In this document: one piece after another, positions 10,419 to 18,927 of the stretch
Layout of the letters: each line of letters starts with the position of its first letter
How positions within the stretch are numbered: the first letter of the stretch is position 1
Assembly (NCBI GenBank): GCA_963931185.1
Contig: OZ006981.1
Coordinates: 295,910-359,909, forward strand
Length of the DNA stretch: 64,000 nt
Source: an uncultured Bacilli bacterium
GTDB taxonomy: Bacteria; Bacillota_I; Bacilli_A; RF39; UBA660
Direction of reading: 5' to 3'
The notes under the pieces: model-generated
Databases searched by the model: none
The model's input: only the letters and a program-made list of their open reading frames with translations
What the model was told of the DNA's origin: nothing
Program-made: the position numbers and the translations under genes

Positions 10419-10664
10419 TTGGAATTTGTTATTAAAGAATTTATTAGTCGATTAACAGAAGATGATATAAATAATTTTGCTTTAAAAGAAGGAATAACAC
10501 TAGAAAATGATGAACTCAAAACTATATACATGTATATAAAAAATTATTGGCAAATTTTTTATAAAGAAGATGCAAGTTATTTGCTCAATGAATTAAAAGA
10601 AAAACTCAAACCAAATACATATACTAAAATAGTTGAACTATTAAACAAATATAAAAAGAAATAG
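10419..10664 (+). CDS. Small hypothetical protein (TTG start)
   Basis: 81-aa ORF with an AGGTGA RBS 3-12 nt upstream of the TTG. Confidence 0.35.
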   Translation: MEFVIKEFISRLTEDDINNFALKEGITLENDELKTIYMYIKNYWQIFYKEDASYLLNELKEKLKPNTYTKIVELLNKYKKK

Positions 10665-10666
10665 AA

Positions 10667-11539
10667 CTAAACTATTTCTTTTAATTTTGTATCAAAATCT
10701 TTATTTATTATCATTTTTATTTCTTCTTTATAAGGAGCTCTATCTTTTATCCAAGGTGTTTCAAGTATTTTAGGAATATTTTCTAATCGTTTATTATAAA
10801 CAATATTTATTAAAGTATTAAAGCCAATAGTTCCATATCCAAAATTTTCATGCCTATCTTTTTTAGCACCTTTAATATTTTTACTATCATTAATATGAAT
10901 ACAATGAACATATTGTAATCCAATTATTCTATCAAACTCATCCAAAATAGCATCAAAATTTTCAATATTATATCCACTATCATTTAAATGACAAGTATCT
11001 AAACAAACACCAATTTTACTTTTTTCTTCTACACCATCAATTATTCTTTTTAATTCAAGAAAATTAGAACCTATTTCAGTTCCTTTACCAGCCATCGTTT
11101 CAAGCAATATTACAACACTATCATTTTGCTTATTCACTTCATTCAAAGCCTTAATAATATTATTAATGCCTTTATCAACACCTAATCCAACATGACTACC
11201 TGGATGAAGAACTAAAAACTTAATTCCAATTACAGAACAGCGCTTAATCTCTTCAATCAAAAAATTAATTGAAAAGTTATATTTATCTTCTTCTTTATCA
11301 TTAGCAAGATTAATTATATATGGTGAATGAACAATTATATTATTCAATTCAATTTTATTTTCATTCATCAGCTTTTTTGCTTCATTAGTTTTTTCTAAAG
11401 AAATTTTAGTTCGAGAAGTATTTTGCGGAGCTCCAGTATAAAACATAAAAGTATTACTACCATAACTAAGAGCTTCTTTTACACTACCTAGTAGCTGTTC
11501 TTTTGAATTAAAACTAACATGACTACCTATTATTAACAT
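10667..11539 (-). CDS. nfo: Endonuclease IV (AP endonuclease family 2)
   Basis: LIIGSHVSF start and HxGxH / HLNDS metal-site motifs. Confidence 0.85.
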   Translation of the reverse strand: MLIIGSHVSFNSKEQLLGSVKEALSYGSNTFMFYTGAPQNTSRTKISLEKTNEAKKLMNENKIELNNIIVHSPYIINLANDKEEDKYNFSINFLIEEIKRCSVIGIKFLVLHPGSHVGLGVDKGINNIIKALNEVNKQNDSVVILLETMAGKGTEIGSNFLELKRIIDGVEEKSKIGVCLDTCHLNDSGYNIENFDAILDEFDRIIGLQYVHCIHINDSKNIKGAKKDRHENFGYGTIGFNTLINIVYNKRLENIPKILETPWIKDRAPYKEEIKMIINKDFDTKLKEIV

Positions 11540-11656
11540 AAAACCACCTATAAAAATTTTATTATAAATATTTTAAAAATGCAACAAAATAAAAAGGATG
11601 ATTAATTCATCCTTATACCTTAATTGAATTTACTTTAATATTATTATATTTCTTTA

Positions 11657-12319
11657 TTATTTACAATTATCTACTGCAACAATTTCAATTTGAGAAATAG
11701 TTTTACCTTCAGCATCAGTAATTACTTCAGCTAAACCTTTAACTGAATCAGCTGTAGTTGGTTCAGTCCAAACTTCTCCCTCACCTTCATCTGGTGCTTG
11801 CATTAAGTAAATTTTATCAGTAGTTTTTTGTGCATATTGAGTTTTTAAAACATCATAAGTTCTTAACTCATTTGAACCAGAAACTACAAGATCTCCTGTT
11901 TTATCAGCTAATTCTTCTTGGCTTACAAAGTTAATACCTTGATTTGATGAATCTTTAGCTATAAAGTAATAATTATAACTTGTACCATTGTAAGTAACTC
12001 CTACATATGCATATTCCCAAGTATCAGAATATGGAGAAGCACCACCTTTTTCAAGTGAAACACAAGAAGATTCTTCTTCATGACCAACAGGTACTAAATA
12101 TAAAGTGTTAACATCAAAAAATTGTACCTTTTGTGCTTGGTTAACCATTGTTCTAGTACCATCAATATAACTAACAGCACTATCAGCAAAAGCACTCTTT
12201 CTTGAACTTGAGATATACTCAGTAACACTTGGAATAGCAATAATCATTAAAACACCTAGTATAATGATAACTGCAAGTAATTCAATTAATGTAAAACCTT
12301 TTTTGTTTGTTTTTTTCAT
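11657..12319 (-). CDS. Prepilin-type (class III signal peptide) pilin/pseudopilin
   Basis: KGFTLIELLAVIIILGVL N-terminal methylation motif. GAGGAAGGA RBS before MKKTNKKGF. Confidence 0.7.
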   Translation of the reverse strand: MKKTNKKGFTLIELLAVIIILGVLMIIAIPSVTEYISSSRKSAFADSAVSYIDGTRTMVNQAQKVQFFDVNTLYLVPVGHEEESSCVSLEKGGASPYSDTWEYAYVGVTYNGTSYNYYFIAKDSSNQGINFVSQEELADKTGDLVVSGSNELRTYDVLKTQYAQKTTDKIYLMQAPDEGEGEVWTEPTTADSVKGLAEVITDAEGKTISQIEIVAVDNCK

Positions 12320-12408
12320 TTTAAAAATTCCTTCCTCTCTTATTTTATAAATCAATTCTATTATAATTATTTTTTTTTGTCAATAAATTAATTGCATTAT
12401 TTTTTTTC

Positions 12409-12978
12409 TTAATATACATTTACATTATCCCTGTCAAGTTTACTTTTTATACTTTCTATGTCTAAAATTAAATCTCTTTCAACTTCAGAACCTTTCACTA
12501 CCAAATCATATCGATCAGAAGTATCTAAATCAGTCAATTTACTTAAATTAATTCCTCGATTATATGCTGCAGAATCAATATCAGTATTTTCACATTTCTC
12601 ATCTGTACATGACACTAAATGTGCATAATATACATACTCATATTCAGCTGTTCCCACAATCTGCTCTTTAGTTATAGCCACAAAAGACTTTTCTTTAGAA
12701 TAATATGTATCATATGGAGAACTGCTCAACTCAAAGTTATCAAGGCTTTCCATTTTTATAACAACAACACTATACTGATCAGGATAGTTAATGGAAGTAT
12801 CACTTCTTATTTTATATTCTGCAGAACTAATCATTTGCTTTGCGTCTTCCAAAAAAGTCTCTTTTTTATTTTTATCCAAAGTTGATATAATATTTGGAAT
12901 TGCTATTGTCATAATTACTCCCAAAATCACTATAACAGCTAAAAGTTCAATTAATGTAAATCCCTTATCTTTTAACAT
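12409..12978 (-). CDS. Prepilin-type pilin/pseudopilin (second tandem copy)
   Basis: KGFTLIELLAVIVILGVI motif; start MLKDKGF with a GGTGA RBS. Confidence 0.7.
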   Translation of the reverse strand: MLKDKGFTLIELLAVIVILGVIMTIAIPNIISTLDKNKKETFLEDAKQMISSAEYKIRSDTSINYPDQYSVVVIKMESLDNFELSSSPYDTYYSKEKSFVAITKEQIVGTAEYEYVYYAHLVSCTDEKCENTDIDSAAYNRGINLSKLTDLDTSDRYDLVVKGSEVERDLILDIESIKSKLDRDNVNVY

Positions 12979-13089
12979 AACATAATCACCATACCTTAAC
13001 ATGATTATAATATTTTAAAAAAAACTTTTCAAGAAAAATATTTTTTCAAATATATGGTTTTAAACAAAAAAAAACTCATCAAAATGAGT

Positions 13090-13515
13090 TTATTTTTGCA
13101 ACATATTCAATAAATTTACTTTAAACATATCTTTTTCAGGATGAGTTTTTGAAATCATAACACCTTTATAAGTTGATAATTCAGCACGATGACCTTCTTC
13201 AAGAATCCCCTCAGGTGTTATATTAGTAAGTAATACTATTTTTTTATCTTCGTATACAGTATAATGTAATCTTATTTCACCATGTACTTTTGCAAATAAT
13301 TTAGCCGTAGGCAACTTCAATTCATAACTACTAGTTTTTTCCTTTTTAGACACAGACACTAACTCACCTAAAAAATTACCACTTCTAATTTCAGGATAAT
13401 ACTCAAATGTTAATTTTTTATAGGCAAACATATTATATTTCCTTACAGTTCTTTCTTTTTTTCTAAAATCATTTTCATTTTGATATTCAAATATATAATT
13501 TTGTTTCATAAACAT
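13090..13515 (-). CDS. Hypothetical protein
   Basis: 141-aa ORF, no recognised motif. Confidence 0.4.
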   Translation of the reverse strand: MFMKQNYIFEYQNENDFRKKERTVRKYNMFAYKKLTFEYYPEIRSGNFLGELVSVSKKEKTSSYELKLPTAKLFAKVHGEIRLHYTVYEDKKIVLLTNITPEGILEEGHRAELSTYKGVMISKTHPEKDMFKVNLLNMLQK

Positions 13516-13628
13516 TCAACCCCCTAAAAACATACATACACATCCAACCCCTATTATCAAGATGTGTATGTATTATACCATAGCTTTACAAAAATGTCAA
13601 CTTTAATGTTATTTTTGATGACATTTTT

Positions 13629-13919
13629 TTAACTTTTATATATACTATCTATCTTTATTAACTTTAAATCATAATCAAATGACATTGCTATATGATATGC
13701 TCCACTTGATGAAGTATATTGCCATTGTATGAAATAATAATTTATCATTTCTGATACAGAGTTAGGACTACCTAACAATAACTTAACTTCATCTAATGTC
13801 ATACCAATTTTAATTTTATCTAAATTATTATCAAAATCATTTAATTTTTTACTTTCAAGCATAGGTGTTACTATCATACATACTATAAATAAAAAGAATA
13901 AAATACCCATAAATAACAC
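13629..13919 (-). CDS. Small secreted/membrane protein, unknown function
   Basis: 96 aa with an N-terminal hydrophobic helix. Confidence 0.4.
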   Translation of the reverse strand: MLFMGILFFLFIVCMIVTPMLESKKLNDFDNNLDKIKIGMTLDEVKLLLGSPNSVSEMINYYFIQWQYTSSSGAYHIAMSFDYDLKLIKIDSIYKS

Positions 13920-14047
13920 TACTTCTTTCTTTTATTAGTTTTTTAAATCTTTGTCTAATGGATAAGTTAAATATCTTGTTTCTATTTTAGAGTTATCACT
14001 TAATGTTGTCAATACATAATATGACATTTTAATGTTATTTTTAAAAA

Positions 14048-14575
14048 TTATAACAAATTATCGCATATCACATTTGCATTTTCATGAATATAATTAATTT
14101 TTATTGTTTTAATAATCCCATTCTTCTCAATTGAAATATCATATATAGCTGTATTAGTAGAGTTATCATAATAAAACACAAAATCACCGCAACTATAACG
14201 AGGAAAACTAGATAAATAACTAGAAAAATATTCCCTTAAGTATTCAGACTTTCGTAAAGTCTTTAACACTATTTCATTATCCTCATCTTTAATAAAAAAG
14301 CTCAATAATGGAATATTTACATCTATATAATCTGTTTTATAATTTTCCCTAAAAAAAGTTCTATTACATAATAAAATTAACATAAATATTACAATTATAA
14401 TAATAGTAACAGCCTCAAATATATATCTTTTCTTTCTGATTTCAATAATTTTTTCTTTTTCTAATGTTAATTTTTTAAATGCCTTATTAATCTTTTTTTT
14501 TCTTTTTTTTTCTTCTTTTCTTATTGCTTTTTTCTTTTCTTTATCAATATTAACTCCTTTAGTATTTTCTTCCAT
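14048..14575 (-). CDS. Membrane protein with Lys-rich cytoplasmic N-terminus, unknown function
   Basis: Start MEENTKG at 14575 with a strong AGGAGG RBS; one TM helix. Confidence 0.45.
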   Translation of the reverse strand: MEENTKGVNIDKEKKKAIRKEEKKRKKKINKAFKKLTLEKEKIIEIRKKRYIFEAVTIIIIVIFMLILLCNRTFFRENYKTDYIDVNIPLLSFFIKDEDNEIVLKTLRKSEYLREYFSSYLSSFPRYSCGDFVFYYDNSTNTAIYDISIEKNGIIKTIKINYIHENANVICDNLL

Positions 14576-14728
14576 AGTAAAAGACCTCCTATTATATCTC
14601 ATATTATATAATAACATATACTATATTTCAAGAAAGAAATGAATACCATTTAATCATTTAAATTAACACAAATTAATGTTAAAATAATTTTATATTCACT
14701 TTAACCAACTTACATATGGAGGATAATT

Positions 14729-15568
14729 ATGAAAATCAAGAATCTAATATTGCCAGAAACATCTCCTATATATTTTAACAAAAAAAATTTACAAAATCCC
14801 AAAAGAATAGCAAAAATATTAAATATAAATTATCAAATTGTAAAAACATGGAACAATTGGTTTTATATAAATAACAAATGGTATTATTATAAAAATTTTC
14901 TTCAATACCAAAATTCAGATGAGCATTTCCTAAATGAACTAATTGGAGAATTTTTAGCAACCTTTTTAGGATTAAATACCATAAATTATCAAATTGGATG
15001 TACACTTAATTGTGAAAAAGAAATGGAATATGGATTATTATCAGAAAACTTTAGACAAAAAAGAAAAAAATATATTGTTCCTACTGATTTATATTTAGAA
15101 GTTAATTGTACTCAGCTCAATAACTTAATAAATCTTAAACATTACTGTAAATCAAATGAAATGTATAAAAAATTATTATTGCAGTTATTGAAAATGATTG
15201 CATTAGACATTTATATGAATCAACAAGATAGAACAAAAAACAATTTTCTCTTTGAAAAAGAAAAAAATGGTATTATATTAGCGCCACTTTATGATTATGA
15301 AAAATCTCTCACAATAACATCATCAACAACAGACAGTCCACAATATAGTTCATGTATTTTTGGAATTGACATGTCAAATTACAACGAATTAGTTAAATAT
15401 CCGGAATTACAAAATTTATTACAAATAATAACTACATTAGATATAAATGATATACTTGATATAATTAGTAATAAATATAAAATTAAAATTCCTATTCTAC
15501 AAAGGAAAAAATATACAGAGATAACAGAAAAACGTAAAAAATTAATACGGAAATATTTAAAAAATTAA
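14729..15568 (+). CDS. HipA_C-like (CtkA/HipA fold) putative Ser/Thr kinase
   Basis: QQDRTKNNFLF...NGIILAPLYDYEKS resembles the HipA catalytic block GNGDAHLKNFSLL...LSPAYDL. GGAGG RBS. Confidence 0.5.
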   Translation: MKIKNLILPETSPIYFNKKNLQNPKRIAKILNINYQIVKTWNNWFYINNKWYYYKNFLQYQNSDEHFLNELIGEFLATFLGLNTINYQIGCTLNCEKEMEYGLLSENFRQKRKKYIVPTDLYLEVNCTQLNNLINLKHYCKSNEMYKKLLLQLLKMIALDIYMNQQDRTKNNFLFEKEKNGIILAPLYDYEKSLTITSSTTDSPQYSSCIFGIDMSNYNELVKYPELQNLLQIITTLDINDILDIISNKYKIKIPILQRKKYTEITEKRKKLIRKYLKN

Positions 15569-15698
15569 TATCTAAAACAAATAATAAAATAAAAGATTTT
15601 GTTTTCATGAAAATTTATAATTAATTTTAAAAAAATAAAAGATCGTACCTTATATTTTATAAGTAACAATCTTCTACTAAAATTATTTAAAAGTATCT

Positions 15699-15731
15699 TT
15701 TTGAATATCAGGTACAAAAAGATACATTTAA
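15699..15731. terminator. Bidirectional hairpin terminator between the HipA-like gene and tRNA-Ser
   Basis: GTATCTTTTTG...CAAAAAGATAC inverted repeat flanked by T/A runs. Confidence 0.45.
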
Positions 15732-15765
15732 TAAATATATTTTTCTAAAAATAATATCAAAATAA

Positions 15766-15856
15766 TGGCGGAGACAGAGGGATTTGAACCCTCGCACCAG
15801 TTTCCCAGTCTACACCCTTAGCAGGGGCGCCTCTTCGGCCTCTTGAGTATGTCTCC
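15766..15856 (-). tRNA. tRNA-Ser(GCU)
   Basis: 91-nt cloverleaf with long variable arm, anticodon loop CTGCTAA, encoded CCA. Acceptor stem GGAGACA/TGTCTCC. Confidence 0.85.
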
Positions 15857-16145
15857 AGCTGACTAATTAATTATACCTTAAATTAGTAATCATAGTCAAC
15901 TATTAAATTCTTTTTTAATATTATTTTGTTATCAAAATAATATTAAAATAAAAATAACACTAACTTAAATAAATAAAAGATATAATCATATTATTAATAA
16001 ACTAATCAAAAAATCATTTCAACTACTAAATAGATAACTATAATTAAAAAATAATATAAATTCAATTTAATTCATTATATATTTACAAAAAATTATAATA
16101 AAATATTTTCACAAATATAATTAAATTATCTTTTCAAAAAAAGAA

Positions 16146-16192
16146 AACTACTTTTACTTTTATTTCAATGTAGTTTTTATTTAATACAAAAA
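16146..16192 (-). terminator. Rho-independent terminator downstream of the split tRNA-Lys 3' half
   Basis: AAACTAC...GTAGTTT hairpin followed by a T-run on the minus strand. Confidence 0.4.
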
Positions 16193-16211
16193 ATTATTCT
16201 ATAACAATAAA

Positions 16212-16260
16212 TGGTGGGGCGTTAGGGATTCGAACCCTAGACCCACTGATTAAGAGTCAG
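16212..16260 (-). other. 3' half of the disrupted host tRNA-Lys(CUU) gene, including the 13-bp att core (16248-16260)
   Basis: Minus strand reads CTGACTCTTAATCAGTGGGTCTAGGGTTCGAATCCCTAACGCCCCACCA. This is a T-arm, acceptor 3' strand and CCA that pair perfectly with the 5' half at 26172-26198. Confidence 0.8.
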
Positions 16261-16404
16261 AGGGCTTACTTCCCTTTTTCTAAGGCTCCACCATATTGTC
16301 AAAAAACTTAAGCAACTTATTTTTCCCTTATTTTACGGGGCTTTGCTTGGTTTGTTGTATTTACTATAGCATTTTTTAGTTGGCTCTACAATAGCCTTTT
16401 TTTT

Positions 16405-16432
16405 GTTGTGGGTGCCGAAAAGGTGCCGAAAT
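16405..16432. promoter_or_regulatory. Candidate integrase arm-type sites, left end (GGTGCCGAA x2)
   Basis: GTGGGTGCCGAAAAGGTGCCGAAATG direct repeats between the att core and the int stop. The same 9-mer family recurs at the right end. Confidence 0.45.
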
Positions 16433-16446
16433 GTTAAAATCGTGTC

Positions 16447-17562
16447 TTAATTGATACTCAATGCACCATTTAACATGTTAGCAACCTCGGTTCTATTTGC
16501 TTGGAAAATGTGAGAGTAAATGCCTGTTGTTACTGCCATAGAAGAATGACCCATTCTTTCTTGTATCAATTTTGTGTGAACACCTAGTGCAATTTGTAAA
16601 CTTGCTGAACTATGTCTCAATGAGTGAAAGTTCATTTTTGGTAGTCCATATTTAACTGCTACTTTTTGAAATATTTTGCCACAAGTGGTTGGATACATAG
16701 GTTTCCCGTCTTTTGCTAGGAACAATTTATTGTTTGCTTTCCAATTATTTGATAAAGATAACTCCTCTTTGTAGGCTTTTAATATCTCAATAGTTGTATC
16801 GGTTAATACCATTTTTCTTGTTGATGTATCGTTCTTTGTTGCCTTTTCTACAATTTCGCCTTTAATAACATCTAGCGATTTATTGATAGTTAATACTTTG
16901 GTATCAAAATCAATATCGTTCCAAGTTAATGCCAAAATCTCACTTCTTCTTGCTCCCGAGTCTAGTGCTAGAACAATAAGTGCTTGATATTTTAGACACT
17001 CATTTTTTAACCCATTTAATAATGTATGTATTTGCTCTAGGTCGTAACACTCGGCAAGATGTTTTTCTTTTTTGGGTCTAGGTATATCAATATTAGGGTT
17101 AGTTTCAAGTAGTTTCCATTTAACGGCTTGTGTAAACATTAAATTGATTAAGTTGTAATAATGTAATAAAGTGTTATTTGTTACAACTTTTTTTCTTGTG
17201 CCATTTTTTAATTTTTTATATAGTTCCATTAAAGTAAAAGTTTCAATATCTTTTAGTTGCCAATTACCAATATAGCCATTGATTTTTTCTAACATTGACT
17301 TGTATCCGTCCAAAGTTTTTACACCGACATTTTCTTCACAATAGTTACGAATAAAGAAGTTCCCAAAATCTTCAAAGGTCATATTTTTGCTATCAACAAC
17401 AAAGCCACCTTTTGCATATTGTTGCTTGATTTCAAACTCTCTTGTTTCGGCTTGTTTTTTCGTTCCCTCAAAAATCTCCGTTTTTCTCTTTCTTTTTCCG
17501 TCTATATTGTAGCCAATTTCTGCTATTATTTTATATTTATTTTTTGATAGTTGTTTTATCAT
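16447..17562 (-). CDS. int: Site-specific tyrosine recombinase (phage/ICE-type integrase)
   Basis: N-terminal arm-binding-like domain (KNKYKIIAEIGYNIDGKRKRK). C-terminal catalytic HSLRHSSAS...HSSMAVTTGIYSHI (R, HxxR, Y). GGAGG RBS before MIKQLSK. Confidence 0.85.
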   Translation of the reverse strand: MIKQLSKNKYKIIAEIGYNIDGKRKRKTEIFEGTKKQAETREFEIKQQYAKGGFVVDSKNMTFEDFGNFFIRNYCEENVGVKTLDGYKSMLEKINGYIGNWQLKDIETFTLMELYKKLKNGTRKKVVTNNTLLHYYNLINLMFTQAVKWKLLETNPNIDIPRPKKEKHLAECYDLEQIHTLLNGLKNECLKYQALIVLALDSGARRSEILALTWNDIDFDTKVLTINKSLDVIKGEIVEKATKNDTSTRKMVLTDTTIEILKAYKEELSLSNNWKANNKLFLAKDGKPMYPTTCGKIFQKVAVKYGLPKMNFHSLRHSSASLQIALGVHTKLIQERMGHSSMAVTTGIYSHIFQANRTEVANMLNGALSIN

Positions 17563-17635
17563 TTTTCGTTCCTCCAATCATTTGATAAAACAATCTCTAT
17601 CTACTTATAATTATACCATATTTTCCTTGTTTTTC

Positions 17636-17833
17636 CTAGTAAAATAGAGATGTTTTGCTTTCTTTTTCTTGTAATTTTTCTACCCATGTATTGATACTTT
17701 TTAAATCAAACATAATACGATTTCCTATTCTAAAGTGTGGTATTTTTTTCTCTCTTACCAACTTTCTAATTTCCGATATAGATATTTTTAAATAGTTTGA
17801 TAAATCTTTTAAATTACATATTTCTTTTGTCAT
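17636..17833 (-). CDS. xis: Excisionase/Xis-family small HTH DNA-binding protein
   Basis: 65 aa; ISISEIRKLVREKKIPHFRIGNRIMF matches the excisionase-family HTH; GGAGG RBS; directly upstream of int. Confidence 0.7.
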   Translation of the reverse strand: MTKEICNLKDLSNYLKISISEIRKLVREKKIPHFRIGNRIMFDLKSINTWVEKLQEKESKTSLFY

Positions 17834-17939
17834 TTGTTAAACCTCCAATTTTTTGATTTTCCGTTCGAACAATTAGAGTTTACCTTTAACAAAAGCCTCA
17901 AATCTCGTACAAGTTTTTTGATTAAGTGTTCCATTTTGA

Positions 17940-18230
17940 AAACTAAAAAAAGCCCGTAATATAAGGGCTAGAGAGATTTACTTGTCCGATTTTTCGAGTA
18001 ATAAGTTTTAATTTTGTTATGATATTTTTTGATAAGTTGTGATACTTTGTGATAGTTTATGATACTTTTTTCGCCCAACACCCTATATATATAAATAAGG
18101 AAAAAATACGGGGCTAGCAAAATCAAAAAAAATGAAAATATTTTATACTTATTTTTGACCTTTTAACTCGAAAAATCGGTATTAAAAAACAAGAAAAAGC
18201 CCGTAAGTAAAGGGTTTTCATACTTTCAAA
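17940..18230. promoter_or_regulatory. Highly structured ORF-free control region (hairpins, inverted repeats, iterons)
   Basis: AAGCCCGTAA(T/G)ATAAGGG hairpins at 17947-17972 and 18198-18222. Inverted repeat GTCCGATTTTTCGAGT (17984-17999) / ACTCGAAAAATCGG (18164-18177). GTGATACTTT-type iterons at 18019-18066. Confidence 0.5.
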
Positions 18231-18375
18231 AAAGAACACTTTTACTTGTTTTATGATACTTTCTTTTAGGTATTTTCTTGGTAAGATGTAATCACAAACG
18301 AAGCAAGTCGACTTAAAAGTTTGTAAAAAAAATGTTAGAATAGTGGTAACCCCACAAATGAAAGGAATGATTAAA

Positions 18376-18861
18376 ATGACTAACAAAGAACCAAGAACTG
18401 TTTTTATAGGAAGTGTTGAAGAACTTAAGGAGGTTATAAAAGAAGCCCGTGAATTAGAAAAAAATAAAAATGCAATGAAAGAGAAAGTAAAAGTATCTAA
18501 TAAAGACTTAAAAAGATTTGAAGAAGAATATAAGATTTGGATAGAGAAAATCAATAATGCTATGAAAAAACATAACTCTGATAAGTTTGATAGCGAAAAT
18601 AGTGATTTAGAAGATATATTACTAATCGACTATGAGTTATATCTAGGCAAAAAAATGGAAGATATTTTCAATGAGTATGAATATTTATATGATAGCATAG
18701 ACGATATGATTTATATTATGAAAAATACAGGTTTTATAATTGCACCATTTATAATAAGTGATAGAACTATGTTATTAGATACTATTGAAAGTTTTGAAAA
18801 TGGCGATTATGATGTTGAAGATGGTATTAAAAGAGAATATTTTAATTTAAATAACTATTAA
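18376..18861 (+). CDS. Island cargo protein A, unknown function (acidic C-terminus)
   Basis: 161 aa from MTNKEP with an AAAGGA RBS; followed by a hairpin terminator at 18868-18898. Confidence 0.55.
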   Translation: MTNKEPRTVFIGSVEELKEVIKEARELEKNKNAMKEKVKVSNKDLKRFEEEYKIWIEKINNAMKKHNSDKFDSENSDLEDILLIDYELYLGKKMEDIFNEYEYLYDSIDDMIYIMKNTGFIIAPFIISDRTMLLDTIESFENGDYDVEDGIKREYFNLNNY

Positions 18862-18867
18862 AATAAA

Positions 18868-18898
18868 GGTTATCTTATATGAGATAGCCTTTTTTCGT
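18868..18898 (+). terminator. Hairpin terminator after cargo gene A
   Basis: GGTTATCT-tatatg-AGATAGCC stem followed by TTTTTT. Confidence 0.5.
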
Positions 18899-18906
18899 GG
18901 TATAAT
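18897..18906 (+). promoter_or_regulatory. Extended -10 promoter element (TGnTATAAT) for cargo genes B-C
   Basis: GTGGTATAAT, the same 10-mer as at 21248-21257; lies 10-20 nt upstream of the B gene RBS. Confidence 0.5.
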
Positions 18907-18927
18907 TAAGGCATGGAGGCTTTAATT

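Noticed and set aside
12619-12985. Two plus-strand ORFs (88 and 64 aa)
   Set aside because: Antisense to the second pilin gene; Ile/Phe-rich junk translation.
14775-15005. 76-aa minus-strand ORF
   Set aside because: Antisense within the HipA-like gene.
18123-18554. 143-aa minus-strand ORF spanning the island control region and the start of gene A
   Set aside because: No RBS. Overlaps the structured hairpin/iteron region and the better-supported plus-strand gene A. Serine/Phe-rich low-complexity translation.
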